From the NCBI GenBank assembly GCA_965205425.1, contig CBDBGZ010000009.1, forward strand, positions 800,001 to 864,000: a stretch of DNA of 64,000 bases. The letters run 5' to 3'. The stretch comes from Nitrosopumilus sp. GTDB lineage: Archaea > Thermoproteota > Nitrososphaeria > Nitrososphaerales > Nitrosopumilaceae. Under the pieces are notes generated by a model. It saw only the letters and a program-made list of their open reading frames with translations, did not search any database and had not been told where the DNA came from. The first letter of the stretch is position 1; each line of letters begins with the position of its first letter. The position numbers and the translations under genes were made by a program. Below are positions 18,757 through 29,556 of the stretch, one piece after another.

Positions 18757-19907
18757 TGTGTTTCATCTTCAACTATTTGTGATAATGATTTTAAATTAAC
18801 ATCAACACCATTAGAATTTTTTAAATAAAATGCACCTTTGATACTATTCGTAGTAACTGCATCAACACTTTCTTTGTTAATTAATGGTGTCAAACAAGTA
18901 CAACAATCCGAAAGAATTTCACATCCAGCTCGTTCAAGCTCATTTGTATATCCAATCTTTCTAGCTTGTTCCTTAATTGTTCTTGGAGTAAACACCATAC
19001 ACCTTTTTTTAAATGATCTACCTTTGAGTCTGTTAGCTAAATCAAAAATTTCCTCTAATCCTAATTGAGGACTACCAAGTGTAATGATGTCACCTTTTTC
19101 TGTTGTATTTAGTTCATCATGAATATTTTGTACTTCTTTTTCATCAAATTCTATTTTTTCACAGTCTGATTCTCCTTTACCAAACAAAAATTTTGCACAT
19201 GTTCCTGAAGTGCCCATACCTCCACACATGGCTTTACACTGACGTGTATCCATTTCTTTCAACCCTGAAATGTTAATTGAAGTATCGCCAACTTTTCCTG
19301 CAAAAAATCCAAGCATACCATATGTTAGTTCATTTGGATTGTTGACTTTCATTCTAATTGTTATATTTGGAGAGTCTTCTTTCCTTAAAGAAGAATATGG
19401 ACTTGTACCAGTAATCGCACTAGCTAAAGCACTAAATGCACTTTCTTTGTTTGTTTTAAGATTATCATATGAATTTGCATAAATTGCAGCATTACTTTCT
19501 GCAAATGCTACTTGTGTACCATTTTCAGGAATGTCAAAAATTTCATATGGTATACAAGAAAATGATGGAGTTACACCCATTGTTTCATATGATTTTTTAA
19601 TTGACAATTGTTTTAAAATAAAATTATCATCTAAATTATAATTTGATACGTTATCAATATCAAATCCCATGGGATTCAAAGTTGTTTTTACTTTAACTCT
19701 TGCATTTTTACTAATACTTGATAAAAATTCTTCACCAGCATCTCCAATTGTATTATAATTTACTCCAGAAAGATGAACCCATTTTATAGGAACTAATTTT
19801 TCAGCATTAGTTGCTTCACCTGTAGCAGACAAAATTCTGTATGCCATTTCCATGATTTCACCTTGTTCACCTTTTAGAGCAGATTCTTCTTCTTTAGTTA
19901 ACTCCAA
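18753..19907 (-). CDS. Aconitase X large subunit (DUF521; phosphomevalonate dehydratase)
   Basis: MELTKEEE..L.GE.G, TTLNP, SCIPY, AESNA, DCC, TNS.K. Confidence 0.9.
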   Translation of the reverse strand: MELTKEEESALKGEQGEIMEMAYRILSATGEATNAEKLVPIKWVHLSGVNYNTIGDAGEEFLSSISKNARVKVKTTLNPMGFDIDNVSNYNLDDNFILKQLSIKKSYETMGVTPSFSCIPYEIFDIPENGTQVAFAESNAAIYANSYDNLKTNKESAFSALASAITGTSPYSSLRKEDSPNITIRMKVNNPNELTYGMLGFFAGKVGDTSINISGLKEMDTRQCKAMCGGMGTSGTCAKFLFGKGESDCEKIEFDEKEVQNIHDELNTTEKGDIITLGSPQLGLEEIFDLANRLKGRSFKKRCMVFTPRTIKEQARKIGYTNELERAGCEILSDCCTCLTPLINKESVDAVTTNSIKGAFYLKNSNGVDVNLKSLSQIVEDETQ

Positions 19908-19961
19908 TACTATTAGTTGAAAATTACAGATATAATACTTGTACGTAGAATCTCATGTAAT

Positions 19962-20609
19962 ATGAAAAAAATTCTTGTTGGTATGACAAACACAATGAAT
20001 TCTGTAAAACCACCAAGAATGACTGCTCTAAGAGAACTTCATGAAGTGGAAACTGGTGGCCCATTTAGTATACTGATTGGGACTATTTTATCTGCTAGAA
20101 CCAAGGATGAAAGTACAACAAAAGTTTGTAAAGTTTTATTTGCAAAATACAAAAATGCAAAATCACTAGCAAATGCGAAAGTAAAAGATATTGAAAAAAT
20201 CATAAAATCTATTGGATTCTATCATGTAAAATCTAAAAGAATAATTGAAGTAGCCAAAATTATAGATTCAAAATATCATGGAATTGTGCCTGATGACTTA
20301 GAAACTTTGGTTAAACTTCCTGGAGTAGGTAGAAAAACTGCTAATTGTGTTTTAGTATATGCATTTGAAAAACCTGCAATTCCAGTCGATATTCATGTTC
20401 ATCGAATATCAAATAGATTAGGTATAGTTGAAACAAAAAATCCTGAGGAAACAGAACAAGAACTGATGAAAAAAATACCTAAAAAATTCTGGATTGATAT
20501 TAATGATACATTTGTGATGTATGGACAAAATATTTGCAAGCCAATTTCTCCAATGTGTAATGTTTGTAAAATAAAAAAAGATTGCAAGTTTTACAAATCT
20601 AAAAACTAA
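19962..20609 (+). CDS. nth: Endonuclease III
   Basis: HhH LPGVGRKTAN, VDIHV.RI, C-X6-C-X2-C-X5-C; start placed at ATG 19962. Confidence 0.93.
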   Translation: MKKILVGMTNTMNSVKPPRMTALRELHEVETGGPFSILIGTILSARTKDESTTKVCKVLFAKYKNAKSLANAKVKDIEKIIKSIGFYHVKSKRIIEVAKIIDSKYHGIVPDDLETLVKLPGVGRKTANCVLVYAFEKPAIPVDIHVHRISNRLGIVETKNPEETEQELMKKIPKKFWIDINDTFVMYGQNICKPISPMCNVCKIKKDCKFYKSKN

Positions 20610-20970
20610 ATTGCTATTTAGTTTATGTAAAAATAAATGAAAACAAGCTAATTCATAAAAAAATTAAATTAACTTATTGGATTGTAATGGTCCATTTGAC
20701 AGCTAAACTGTCACCGTCAGTTACGGCTACACCACGATCTTATCTCACCAGACAAGTCATTACCTGAATTACATTATCCAATCATGATTTTTGTTTTAAT
20801 GATTTTATCATTAATCATATTTCAATCAAAAATCAATATAACCAAATTTTAAAAATCTAAAATATTCTGATATTATCATTTTTCAACAAACTTAGGTTAA
20901 CATTTTTTATTTGAGCACAAATTTTATTATAAATTAATATTCATTTGATTCTGGTAAGACTAACGTAGGC

Positions 20971-22125
20971 ATGGTGCATAAAAATCCCCAGATCTCAATT
21001 ATTTTACCTACCTATAATGAGTCTCAAAATATTGTAAACATACTAAAATCAATTCATGCAAATATTCCAAAAGGAATCCTTACTGAGACAATTGTTGTTG
21101 ATGATAATTCTCCTGATGGAACTGGAAAAATTGTTGAAGAATATATATCAAATTTCAAAAAAATTGCCGAAAATACAATTAATGTAATTCACCGAAAAGC
21201 AAAGAATGGTCTTTCTTCTGCAATATTAAACGGAATTCAAAGTGCAAAGGGTGAAACGATCTTTGTAATGGATTCTGATTTTTCACATCCACCACAAATT
21301 ATTCCTAAAATGATAGAAGCATTCAAGCAATATCAATGTGATCTTGTTGTTGCATCAAGATACATCACTGGTGGAAGTATACAAGGTTGGACTACTAAAA
21401 GAAAACTAATGAGTAAAGTTGCAACAATGATTGCAAAGAAAGGACTTGATGTCAAAACAAAAGATCCAATGTCTGGCTTTTTTGCTTTTAAAAAAAATAT
21501 TATAAAAGAATTAAATTTTGATGCAATAGGTTACAAAATCCTTTTAGAAATCATTGTTAAAACAAAAGGAGTTAACATAAAAGAAGTTCCTTATACTTTT
21601 GAAAACAGAAAATTAGGTTCAAGTAAATTAGATAATTCAGTAATAATAGACTATTTCAAATCTGTATGGAAATTATACAAAAATGGAAAAATAGAAACAC
21701 CTAATGAGAAACGTAACTCAATTCATTTTATCTCAAAGGCTGCAAGATTTTTCACTGTAGGCGCATCAGGATTTCTTGTAAATTATATTGTTTCAATGAT
21801 TTTTACATCTGGCTTAACTGAAATGTGGTATCTTCATGCCAATATTTTTGGAATAATAGCATCTATCTCAACTAATTTCATCTTAAATAAAATTTGGACA
21901 TTTGAAGATCGAGACTTTTCAAGAAAGAAAACATTAACTCAGTATGGAAAGTTTAGTATATTCAGTTCTTTAGGAGCATTAGTGCAACTTGGATTAGTAT
22001 TCTTGTTAGTTGATTCCTATAATGTTACATATCCACTTGCATTAATTTCAGCTATTGGTGTTGCAGCATTCAGCAATTTTATTTTGAATAAAAAATTAAC
22101 TTTTAAGGAAAAACTTTGGAATTAA
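20971..22125 (+). CDS. Dolichol-phosphate mannosyltransferase-like GT2 fused to GtrA domain
   Basis: PTYNE, VDDNSPDGT, MDSDFSHPP, DPMSGF; C-terminal 4-TM GtrA. Confidence 0.9.
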   Translation: MVHKNPQISIILPTYNESQNIVNILKSIHANIPKGILTETIVVDDNSPDGTGKIVEEYISNFKKIAENTINVIHRKAKNGLSSAILNGIQSAKGETIFVMDSDFSHPPQIIPKMIEAFKQYQCDLVVASRYITGGSIQGWTTKRKLMSKVATMIAKKGLDVKTKDPMSGFFAFKKNIIKELNFDAIGYKILLEIIVKTKGVNIKEVPYTFENRKLGSSKLDNSVIIDYFKSVWKLYKNGKIETPNEKRNSIHFISKAARFFTVGASGFLVNYIVSMIFTSGLTEMWYLHANIFGIIASISTNFILNKIWTFEDRDFSRKKTLTQYGKFSIFSSLGALVQLGLVFLLVDSYNVTYPLALISAIGVAAFSNFILNKKLTFKEKLWN

Positions 22126-22160
22126 ATAAAATAAAAAGAACTGACTAACGTCTTTCCTAA

Positions 22161-22811
22161 CTATTCAAAGGTAGAAGTAGAGGATTGTGACGAAAGTCCA
22201 GTTGAAGATGGTACAGATGGGAATTTATCTCCTATCTGTTGCTCAGCTACTGCAGATGCTTCTTGAAGAATCTTTTCGGTTTCTTCACTTGAAACATCAG
22301 ACTCCATACTAAATGAGTCTCCTGCAAGTGAATCCATCATCAGTCCATTAAGTGTCTGAGTCATAGTATTCAATTCTGAATCAGCTTCTGGCATGAATCT
22401 TCCAAGCGATGACTTCAATCCCTTCATTGTAGACATTGCTGGTCCAATTGCTACCATAGCATCACCAAGATCATGAATAGTTGTCAGTCTTAGTTGGACT
22501 TGTTCTAATGACATTCTTGCGTTGCCGAGCATCTTTGTAACTTTACGAATTTCAGCTAATTCGTTGGACAAAACTCTACTTGTGCTAGTATCATGTTGCT
22601 GCATTGCAGTCACGACTCTCTGAAAGAGTTGCGCATCTCTTTCGTGCAGTTTACCTAACATAGAGTCCATTTTTGAGATTTGGACTTGTAGTTTGTTTAC
22701 TGCAGTTTGAATTCGTGGTTTTAATGCACCTTGAGGCTTTACTGCTTCACGGAGTTTGCCAGTTACGCTTTGGGTCTCTTGTCGAGCCCAAGATTTATCG
22801 AAGTTTGGCAT
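22161..22811 (-). CDS. cdvB: ESCRT-III/Snf7-family CdvB paralogue
   Basis: Coiled coil with LEQVQLRLTT and EKILQEAS.VAE motifs. Confidence 0.85.
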   Translation of the reverse strand: MPNFDKSWARQETQSVTGKLREAVKPQGALKPRIQTAVNKLQVQISKMDSMLGKLHERDAQLFQRVVTAMQQHDTSTSRVLSNELAEIRKVTKMLGNARMSLEQVQLRLTTIHDLGDAMVAIGPAMSTMKGLKSSLGRFMPEADSELNTMTQTLNGLMMDSLAGDSFSMESDVSSEETEKILQEASAVAEQQIGDKFPSVPSSTGLSSQSSTSTFE

Positions 22812-22902
22812 GACATGGAATTTAGAAATTTAGTCTTAATCGGCGGTGTGCATTTAGATCAACTTTAGAGTAAATTTAGCTAACAAACATTACCTTTGAT
22901 TT

Positions 22903-23679
22903 TTGATATTATTTGTGGCTAAAATTGCGGTCTTTGATTCAGGATTAGGCTCATTATCAATAATTAAAGCAATTCAAAAAACTACCAAGTCAGAAATTAT
23001 CTATTTTGCAGATCAGCAGAACTATCCTTATGGAACAAAATCCCAGACTCAATTATCTAAAATCATTCAAAATTCCATCCAATTATTAGAAGAAAATTTC
23101 TCTCCTAACATTATAGTTGTAGCATCAAATACGCCTAGCCTTATGCTAAATGTAGCAACAAAGAAGATTATTGATGTTAAACCACCACTAAAAGAAGCTA
23201 AAAAGAAATCTAAAACAAAACAAATTGGAATACTCGCAACAAATAGTGCAATTAACAGCAAAGGATTAACTCAATATATAAAAGAAAATAATTTTTCAAA
23301 AAATTTTAAAATTTTTAAAATAAATGGATCGGATCTTGTTGAACTAGTAGAATCTGGAAAATTTATTTTAAATAAAAAATATTCTCAAAAAATAATTAAA
23401 AAAACTCTAGATAAATTATTATCTCAAAATAATATTGATACCATAACACTTTCTAGTACACATTTACCATTTTTGAAAATATTATTAAAAAAACAATATC
23501 CAAAAATCAATTTTATTGATCCTGCAAACATAGTTGCAGAAAAGATTATACTAAAAATTAGTAATAATCAAAATAAAAAAAACTCATTAAAAATTTTCAC
23601 AACAGGTAATACAAAAATATTTCAAAATAAATTAAATAAAATAGGAATTAAAAATAAAGTTAAATCTTTTCCTTCTTAG
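22903..23679 (+). CDS. Asp/Glu racemase-family (MurI-like) protein, catalytic Cys replaced by Ser
   Basis: FDSGLGSLS, D..NYPYG.K; ASNT and LSSTH instead of ACNT and LGCTH. Confidence 0.85.
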   Translation: MILFVAKIAVFDSGLGSLSIIKAIQKTTKSEIIYFADQQNYPYGTKSQTQLSKIIQNSIQLLEENFSPNIIVVASNTPSLMLNVATKKIIDVKPPLKEAKKKSKTKQIGILATNSAINSKGLTQYIKENNFSKNFKIFKINGSDLVELVESGKFILNKKYSQKIIKKTLDKLLSQNNIDTITLSSTHLPFLKILLKKQYPKINFIDPANIVAEKIILKISNNQNKKNSLKIFTTGNTKIFQNKLNKIGIKNKVKSFPS

Positions 23680-24430
23680 CTTTTCTATATCCATGACTGA
23701 ATTTTTTATCATATAGTTTAGAATATTCATATGTTTCAGGATTTATTACATCACTAATAATTACAATTGCAGTTCTTGTAATTTTTTCTTCTTTTACTTT
23801 TTTTGCAATATCTCCCAATGTCCCTTTAATTATTTTTTGATCTTTCCAACTTGCTCTATAAACAACTGCAACTGGCGTAGATTTTTTATATCCACCTGCA
23901 ATTGCTTCTGTTACTAAGTTAGAAATTAACTGAATACTAAGATAAAAAATCAATGTTGCTTTATGTTTTGCAAGCTCAGAAATTTTTTCACGTTTTGGAA
24001 CTTTAGTTCTAGATTCAGCCCTTGTAACAATAATTGTTTGAGTAACACCAGGAAGAGTTAATTGCATTCCAAGTGCAGCTGCTGAGGCTAAAAATGCTGT
24101 AACTCCTGGAACTACAATTGATTTTATTCTTTTTTTCTCAAGATTATCAATCTGTTCTTTGATAGCTCCATAAATCGAAGGATCACCATCATGCAATCTG
24201 ACAACAAGCTTGTCTTTTTTTGCATTCTTGTATAACAAATCAAAAATTTCCTCTCGAACTAATTTAGCTGCATCATGAAGCTTTCCTTTTTTACATAATT
24301 TTAAAATTGGTTCAGGAATCAAAGATCCTGAATATACCACAACATCTGCTTTTTGAATTAATTTTTTAGCTTTTACAGTAATTAGATCAGGATCACCTGG
24401 ACCACATCCAACAAAAAATACATCAGACAC
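23660..24430 (-). CDS. cobM: Precorrin-4 C11-methyltransferase
   Basis: GCGPGDPDLIT, YSGSL, RLHDGDPSIYGA, SKLYD..FSHGYR. Confidence 0.93.
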   Translation of the reverse strand: MSDVFFVGCGPGDPDLITVKAKKLIQKADVVVYSGSLIPEPILKLCKKGKLHDAAKLVREEIFDLLYKNAKKDKLVVRLHDGDPSIYGAIKEQIDNLEKKRIKSIVVPGVTAFLASAAALGMQLTLPGVTQTIIVTRAESRTKVPKREKISELAKHKATLIFYLSIQLISNLVTEAIAGGYKKSTPVAVVYRASWKDQKIIKGTLGDIAKKVKEEKITRTAIVIISDVINPETYEYSKLYDKKFSHGYRKAKKEKI

Positions 24431-25145
24431 GTTTTACCACCAGTATTGAAAAATATTTTGTAGTTAACGATGAATCATTTACTTCACCTAAAGTCATTTT
24501 ACGAATAATTTCATTTTCTGTACCCAAATCTTGCCCAATTGCAAAAATAGAATCATCTGGAAATCCAGATTCTTTTAACACTTCAATAACTTTATCAAAG
24601 TATCTTCCATCTTTTAGGAATATCATTGATTCAGAATGCTTTGCAATTTCTTTTACACTTGACAAATCATAACAAGATGGAATGATTGCAACTTTTTCTG
24701 CACCTTCAGCAACACTTACCCCAACTTTAGCTGCAAATGTAAACATAGATACAATTCCAGGTATTATACTAATGTTCATATCGGGATAATTTTCTTTTAG
24801 ATCCTTGTGCATATAGATCCAAGTACTATACAAAAAAGGATCACCTACGGTAAGATAAACAACATTTTTTCCAGTCAAAACAGTTTCAGCCATTATTTTT
24901 GCATTTTTTTTCCACGAGGCTTCAAGAATGTCTTTGTCTTTAGTCATTGGAAAGATTAGTTTTATAATTTCTTGATTTTTTGATTTATCAATTATTGGGG
25001 AAACTACTGCAAGGGCAATACTGGGTCTATCTTCTTTAGAAGCAGGACACATTATGATATCTGCATTCTGAATTGCGTTTACTGCCTTGACAGTTAATAG
25101 TTCAACGTCTCCTGAACCTACTCCTATTCCAATTAATCCAGGCAT
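24423..25145 (-). CDS. cobI: Precorrin-2 C20-methyltransferase
   Basis: GIGVGSGD.ELLTVKA, FPMT, GDPFLYST, YFS. Confidence 0.9.
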   Translation of the reverse strand: MPGLIGIGVGSGDVELLTVKAVNAIQNADIIMCPASKEDRPSIALAVVSPIIDKSKNQEIIKLIFPMTKDKDILEASWKKNAKIMAETVLTGKNVVYLTVGDPFLYSTWIYMHKDLKENYPDMNISIIPGIVSMFTFAAKVGVSVAEGAEKVAIIPSCYDLSSVKEIAKHSESMIFLKDGRYFDKVIEVLKESGFPDDSIFAIGQDLGTENEIIRKMTLGEVNDSSLTTKYFSILVVKRV

Positions 25146-25181
25146 GAAAAGTATAATTTTCTCCCTAATTAAAAATCTAGA

Positions 25182-25772
25182 TTAGATTTTAGTAGCAGAA
25201 ATGATAGTAACAGGATTTCTTGCAAGCATCATTGTTCCTGTACTGGTTTTTCTACTTTTAGATATGGTCACTTGAGTAATATCAACAGATTCAAACTGTA
25301 ACTTATCTAATACTTGCAATACTGAATAAAGTGTTTCAATTAATATTATTCCAATTACAATTCTACCTCTAGATTTTAGTTTATTTTCAGAAAGTTCAAC
25401 AATTTCTTTAGTATCCCCACCAGTTCCTCCGATAAAAATAGTGTCTGCTTCTTCTAATTCGAGAATTTTTTCTTTGGCATTACCATGAATTACAGAAATA
25501 TTTGATACATCGAATTTCTTCATATTTTTTTTTGTTAATTCTATAGCATTTTCATCATAATCAACTGCCAATACTTTTCCAGATGATTCTATTTGTAGTG
25601 CAGCCTCAATTGAAATAGAACCACTACCACATCCAATGTCATAAACAATTTGACCTGGTTTCAATCTGGCTTTACTAATTTGAACAACTCTTACTTCTTC
25701 TTTAGTAATAGGAACTTTTTCAGCTCTTTCAAATTCTTCATCAGGAATGCCAGGTGTTTTAAATTTCCACAT
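25182..25772 (-). CDS. cbiT: Precorrin-6B C15-methyltransferase (decarboxylating)
   Basis: PGIPDEEF, PITKEEVR, DIGCGSGS, ARNPV. Confidence 0.92.
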   Translation of the reverse strand: MWKFKTPGIPDEEFERAEKVPITKEEVRVVQISKARLKPGQIVYDIGCGSGSISIEAALQIESSGKVLAVDYDENAIELTKKNMKKFDVSNISVIHGNAKEKILELEEADTIFIGGTGGDTKEIVELSENKLKSRGRIVIGIILIETLYSVLQVLDKLQFESVDITQVTISKSRKTSTGTMMLARNPVTIISATKI

Positions 25773-25799
25773 AAACGATTACCACTTTTAATTTCTAAA

Positions 25800-26279
25800 T
25801 TAGATGTTAATTCCGTTAGAAGTGCTTCCTAAATGAGTTAGTGTATAACTTACAATCCATGAAAATAAGTATAGAGAGACATAGCTACCAATTGCTTGTG
25901 TAACAACTTTTTTTCTGTCCGATGATGGTAATTGCATTTTCATTCCTTTTGCAACTATCACTGTTGCAAAAAAGATTCCAATCATAAATCCAATTGAAGC
26001 CCATCTTCTATCTTCACCTTCTATATCCTCAAAGATGAAAGTAGCTGCAGTTCCTGCAATTATAGCTAAAGTAACACGCATCCAAAATAATTTATTTAAT
26101 TTTTTATCTTTCTCACTTTTCTCAGCAGCACTAACTGATGGTTCTCCTGAAGGAGTTTCTGGTACTGATTCAGTTTTTTCTGTTTCTGGAACTTCAGCTG
26201 GAATATCTTTTACAGATTCTTTTTTGGAATCTTTAGGATCAACTGTGGGTTCAGATTTTTTCTTTTTGAATTTTGCCAA
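25800..26279 (-). CDS. Small membrane protein (3 TM, EMC6-like)
   Basis: Charged N-tail then three hydrophobic helices. Confidence 0.7.
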   Translation of the reverse strand: MAKFKKKKSEPTVDPKDSKKESVKDIPAEVPETEKTESVPETPSGEPSVSAAEKSEKDKKLNKLFWMRVTLAIIAGTAATFIFEDIEGEDRRWASIGFMIGIFFATVIVAKGMKMQLPSSDRKKVVTQAIGSYVSLYLFSWIVSYTLTHLGSTSNGINI

Positions 26280-26373
26280 GTAAATTTCTAGTGTGATTCG
26301 AACAAACCATGTTTAATATCTTTGGTCAAATATGGTGCATATTAAAGCAAGAGTATAATTTTAGAGAAATATC

Positions 26374-28311
26374 ATGATGGTTATGACACTGGCAGGGATT
26401 GAATTAAGATATTTGGTTGACACGATTTCCGAGCAAGTTCAAGGATACTATGTCAGCAACATTTATGGAATTACAAAAGACAGTATTCTATTCAAACTTC
26501 ATCATACAGAAAAAAGTGATCTTTTTATGATGATTTCAACATCTGGTGTTTGGTTAACTGCAGTAAAAATAGATCAATTGGAACCAAACAGATTACTCAA
26601 AAGATTACGAAGTGATCTTTTACGATTAAAATTAAAAAAAATTGAACAAATCGGCGCAGAAAGAATTGCATATTTTACTTTTGAAGGATTTGGAAAAGAA
26701 TTTGTTTTAGTCGGGGAATTCTTTGGAGATGGAAATATTTTACTTTGTAATAATGAAAAAAAAATTCTTGCATTACAACATTCAATAGATGTTAGACATA
26801 GAAAATTAAGTGTAGGATTAGAATATGTTCAGCCACCAAATAGTGGTCTAGATATTTTTAACATTAAAGAATCTGATTTTGATGCCCTAAAAACAACTGA
26901 TTTAGTTGCAGCAAAATGGTTTGGAAGAACATTAGGTTTACCAAAAAAATATGTTGAAGCAGTTTTTGGAATTGCAGGAATAGATGGTAAAAAGATTGGA
27001 AATTTGTTAACTGGAGAAGAAATTAACTTAATTTTTGAAACAGCAAAAAAAATAATTTCAGATGTAGTATCAGGAAATCATGATGCTGTGATAGTCAGAA
27101 ATGAAAAAATTGAAGTTTTACCAATTAGATTAGCAAAATTAGAAGGAGAGGTTACACCATCTAATAGTTTCATTGAAGGACTAGATACTGTATTTACTGA
27201 AAATATTATTGAAACAGGAAAATCAATACAATCAAGTGGTTCAGACAAAAAAATAAAAGAACTACAAACTCAAATTTCTGAACAAGAAAAAGCTATTGAA
27301 ACTGTTAAGGAGAGATCAAAAAATATCACAGCAGTAGCAAATTCACTTTTTGAAATGGTATCAAAAGGAATTTTTTCTATTGAAGATACTTCTGCTCAAG
27401 AAATATTGGCTACTAACAATGCAAAATTAGTTAGTGAAAAAGGAATTTCGTTAATTGTTGTTCAAGATGAAAAAATAAAGATTAACACACAATCTCCGCT
27501 TCAATCAATTGCATCAGTGTTGTTCAATGAGGCAAAAAAACAATCTGGTGCAATCTCTTCAATCCAATCAATCAAAGAGAAAACAGAGAAAAAATTAGAA
27601 AAATTTCAAAATAAAACAGAATCTGAAAAAGATCTTTTTGTAGTAACAGAAATTAGAAAAAAGAATTGGTACGAAAGATACAGATGGTTCTTTACAACTG
27701 ATGGCTATCTTACTGTAGGTGGAAGAGATGCTGCATCAAATTCAGCTGTAGTAAGAAAACATTTAGTAAAAAATGACAAAATATTTCATGGTGATATTTT
27801 TGGTTCACCATTTTTTATCTTAAAAGATGCTGAACATGCACCTGATACAAGTATGAATGAAATTGCACATGCAACTGTTTGTTTTAGTAGAGCTTGGAGA
27901 GAAGGAATGTATGGTGTAAGTGCATATTGGATTCACCCTGATCAAGTAAAAAAATCTGCACCAAGTGGGGAATTTTTACCTAAAGGATCTTTTACTATTG
28001 AAGGACAAAGAAATTTTATCAAATCTGAAACTCTTAGACTAGCTGTAGGTATCATTAAACAAGATGATGATTATGTTTTAACATGTGGTCCTCCTGAACC
28101 AATTAAAAAATATTCTACATTATATGCAATTATTGAACCACATGGTTCAGAAATGGCTGAAACAGCTAAAAAGATTAGAATTGAATTTTCTAAGTTGGAA
28201 GAACAAATTGCAAAAAATATACCTATAGATGATTTTGTACGTGCATTACCAGCTGGAAAAAGTCAAATCATCAAAGTTGAATATGGAGATGCTTCTTTAC
28301 TTCCTTTATAG
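26374..28311 (+). CDS. rqcH: NFACT/NEMF (Rqc2) ribosome quality-control factor
   Basis: GEFFGDGNILL, WYERYRWF, GGRDA.SN, FSRAW, APSGEFLPKGSF. Confidence 0.9.
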   Translation: MMVMTLAGIELRYLVDTISEQVQGYYVSNIYGITKDSILFKLHHTEKSDLFMMISTSGVWLTAVKIDQLEPNRLLKRLRSDLLRLKLKKIEQIGAERIAYFTFEGFGKEFVLVGEFFGDGNILLCNNEKKILALQHSIDVRHRKLSVGLEYVQPPNSGLDIFNIKESDFDALKTTDLVAAKWFGRTLGLPKKYVEAVFGIAGIDGKKIGNLLTGEEINLIFETAKKIISDVVSGNHDAVIVRNEKIEVLPIRLAKLEGEVTPSNSFIEGLDTVFTENIIETGKSIQSSGSDKKIKELQTQISEQEKAIETVKERSKNITAVANSLFEMVSKGIFSIEDTSAQEILATNNAKLVSEKGISLIVVQDEKIKINTQSPLQSIASVLFNEAKKQSGAISSIQSIKEKTEKKLEKFQNKTESEKDLFVVTEIRKKNWYERYRWFFTTDGYLTVGGRDAASNSAVVRKHLVKNDKIFHGDIFGSPFFILKDAEHAPDTSMNEIAHATVCFSRAWREGMYGVSAYWIHPDQVKKSAPSGEFLPKGSFTIEGQRNFIKSETLRLAVGIIKQDDDYVLTCGPPEPIKKYSTLYAIIEPHGSEMAETAKKIRIEFSKLEEQIAKNIPIDDFVRALPAGKSQIIKVEYGDASLLPL

Positions 28312-28314
28312 TTA

Positions 28315-28982
28315 TTTGAAGGGTGGGCAGAAGCTCAGCCAAAGAAGAGGAGAAGATGAAAGTGGGTTCGATATGAAAGGACATATTCAAACTCCATGTG
28401 GCATACTGACTGGAAGAAGCTAGACGATGGCAGGTGGTTTCTGTGTTACCAGGATGACACATCAAGGTTTATCGTCTCTCATGGAGTGTTTGCAGAAGCT
28501 ACTACAGATAACGCACTTGTGGTATTACATGAGGCAATTGCAAAGCACGGTAGGCCTGCATCAATTCTAACTGATCATGGCTCCCAGTTTTATGCAAACC
28601 AATCAGAATACAAGAGAAAAGGAGCATCCCAGTTTGAGCAGGAACTGGTAAAATTAGAGATAAAGCATATCATGGCAAGAGTGAACCATCCTCAAACCAA
28701 TGGAAAGTTAGAAAGATTTCACGGCGAGATTCAGAGAAAGCAGAAATGGTTTGGTACCATTGATGAGCTGGTCCACTGGTACAATCACATAAAGCCACAC
28801 ATGTCACTTGACTGGGATAATCTTGAGACCCCTGTAAAGGCATATGCAAGAAAGATGCCAGAGAAAGGAACAAGAGTTATTGATGAGCAGACAGGAGAAG
28901 AATACGATGTCAAATAAGGGACGAACTGATTTTGGGATACAACAATAATTTCCGGAAAAGATACTGATTTTGGGATACAACA
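28315..28982 (+). mobile_element. IS481-family transposase remnant (5'-truncated, in-frame TGA at 28357) with duplicated right end
   Basis: rve core WHTD, DD.SR, TDHGSQF, HPQTNGKLERF, YN..KPH.SL; ACTGATTTTGGGATACAACA at 28925 and 28963. Confidence 0.85.
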
Positions 28983-29034
28983 ACATTTCAAAGAAAGAAC
29001 AATCATAAAATAATGGATATTTTTAAAAAAATCA

Positions 29035-29556
29035 TTGAGCATGCGAAAAAGAATAGATCAACTGCATTCATATGTTTATGACCTTGAAAAGATTCAAGAC
29101 GAACAAAAGAATCACTCAAAACATGTATCAAAGATTAAAGAAGATCATATAAAAAATCCAACGAATGCAACATCTGCTACATATGCCATATTAGATACAA
29201 TTGAACAAAGTAAAATGTTTTTTAAAGAGCAGATTGACATAATCAAAAAAATATCTCCACTAATGTCTGAATATTTGGATTATCTTATGGAGGAATTTGA
29301 AGCGTTTCAGTTTGATATAAATTATGAACTCCAAGACAGTACCACTACACTTCAACAAAATCATCCAGATGCAATAAAAAAAATGCAAACAGTTGATGTA
29401 TTAATTGAGGAAATTGCAGATTGTTACAATCAACTACATCATACACTAATTATATCATATGATTCCTTTGGTGGAATGCTGAATTTTATAGAAAATATTA
29501 CACCAAAAAAGACAAAACAAAAACCAACTAAACAAAGGAAGAAAAATGTCAAATGA
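29035..29556 (+). CDS. Helical hypothetical protein
   Basis: 173-aa ORF, no recognised motif. Confidence 0.55.
   Translation: MSMRKRIDQLHSYVYDLEKIQDEQKNHSKHVSKIKEDHIKNPTNATSATYAILDTIEQSKMFFKEQIDIIKKISPLMSEYLDYLMEEFEAFQFDINYELQDSTTTLQQNHPDAIKKMQTVDVLIEEIADCYNQLHHTLIISYDSFGGMLNFIENITPKKTKQKPTKQRKKNVK

Noticed and set aside
28229..29042. Several short overlapping ORFs around the IS481 fragment
   Set aside because: Alternative-frame or antisense shadows of the transposase
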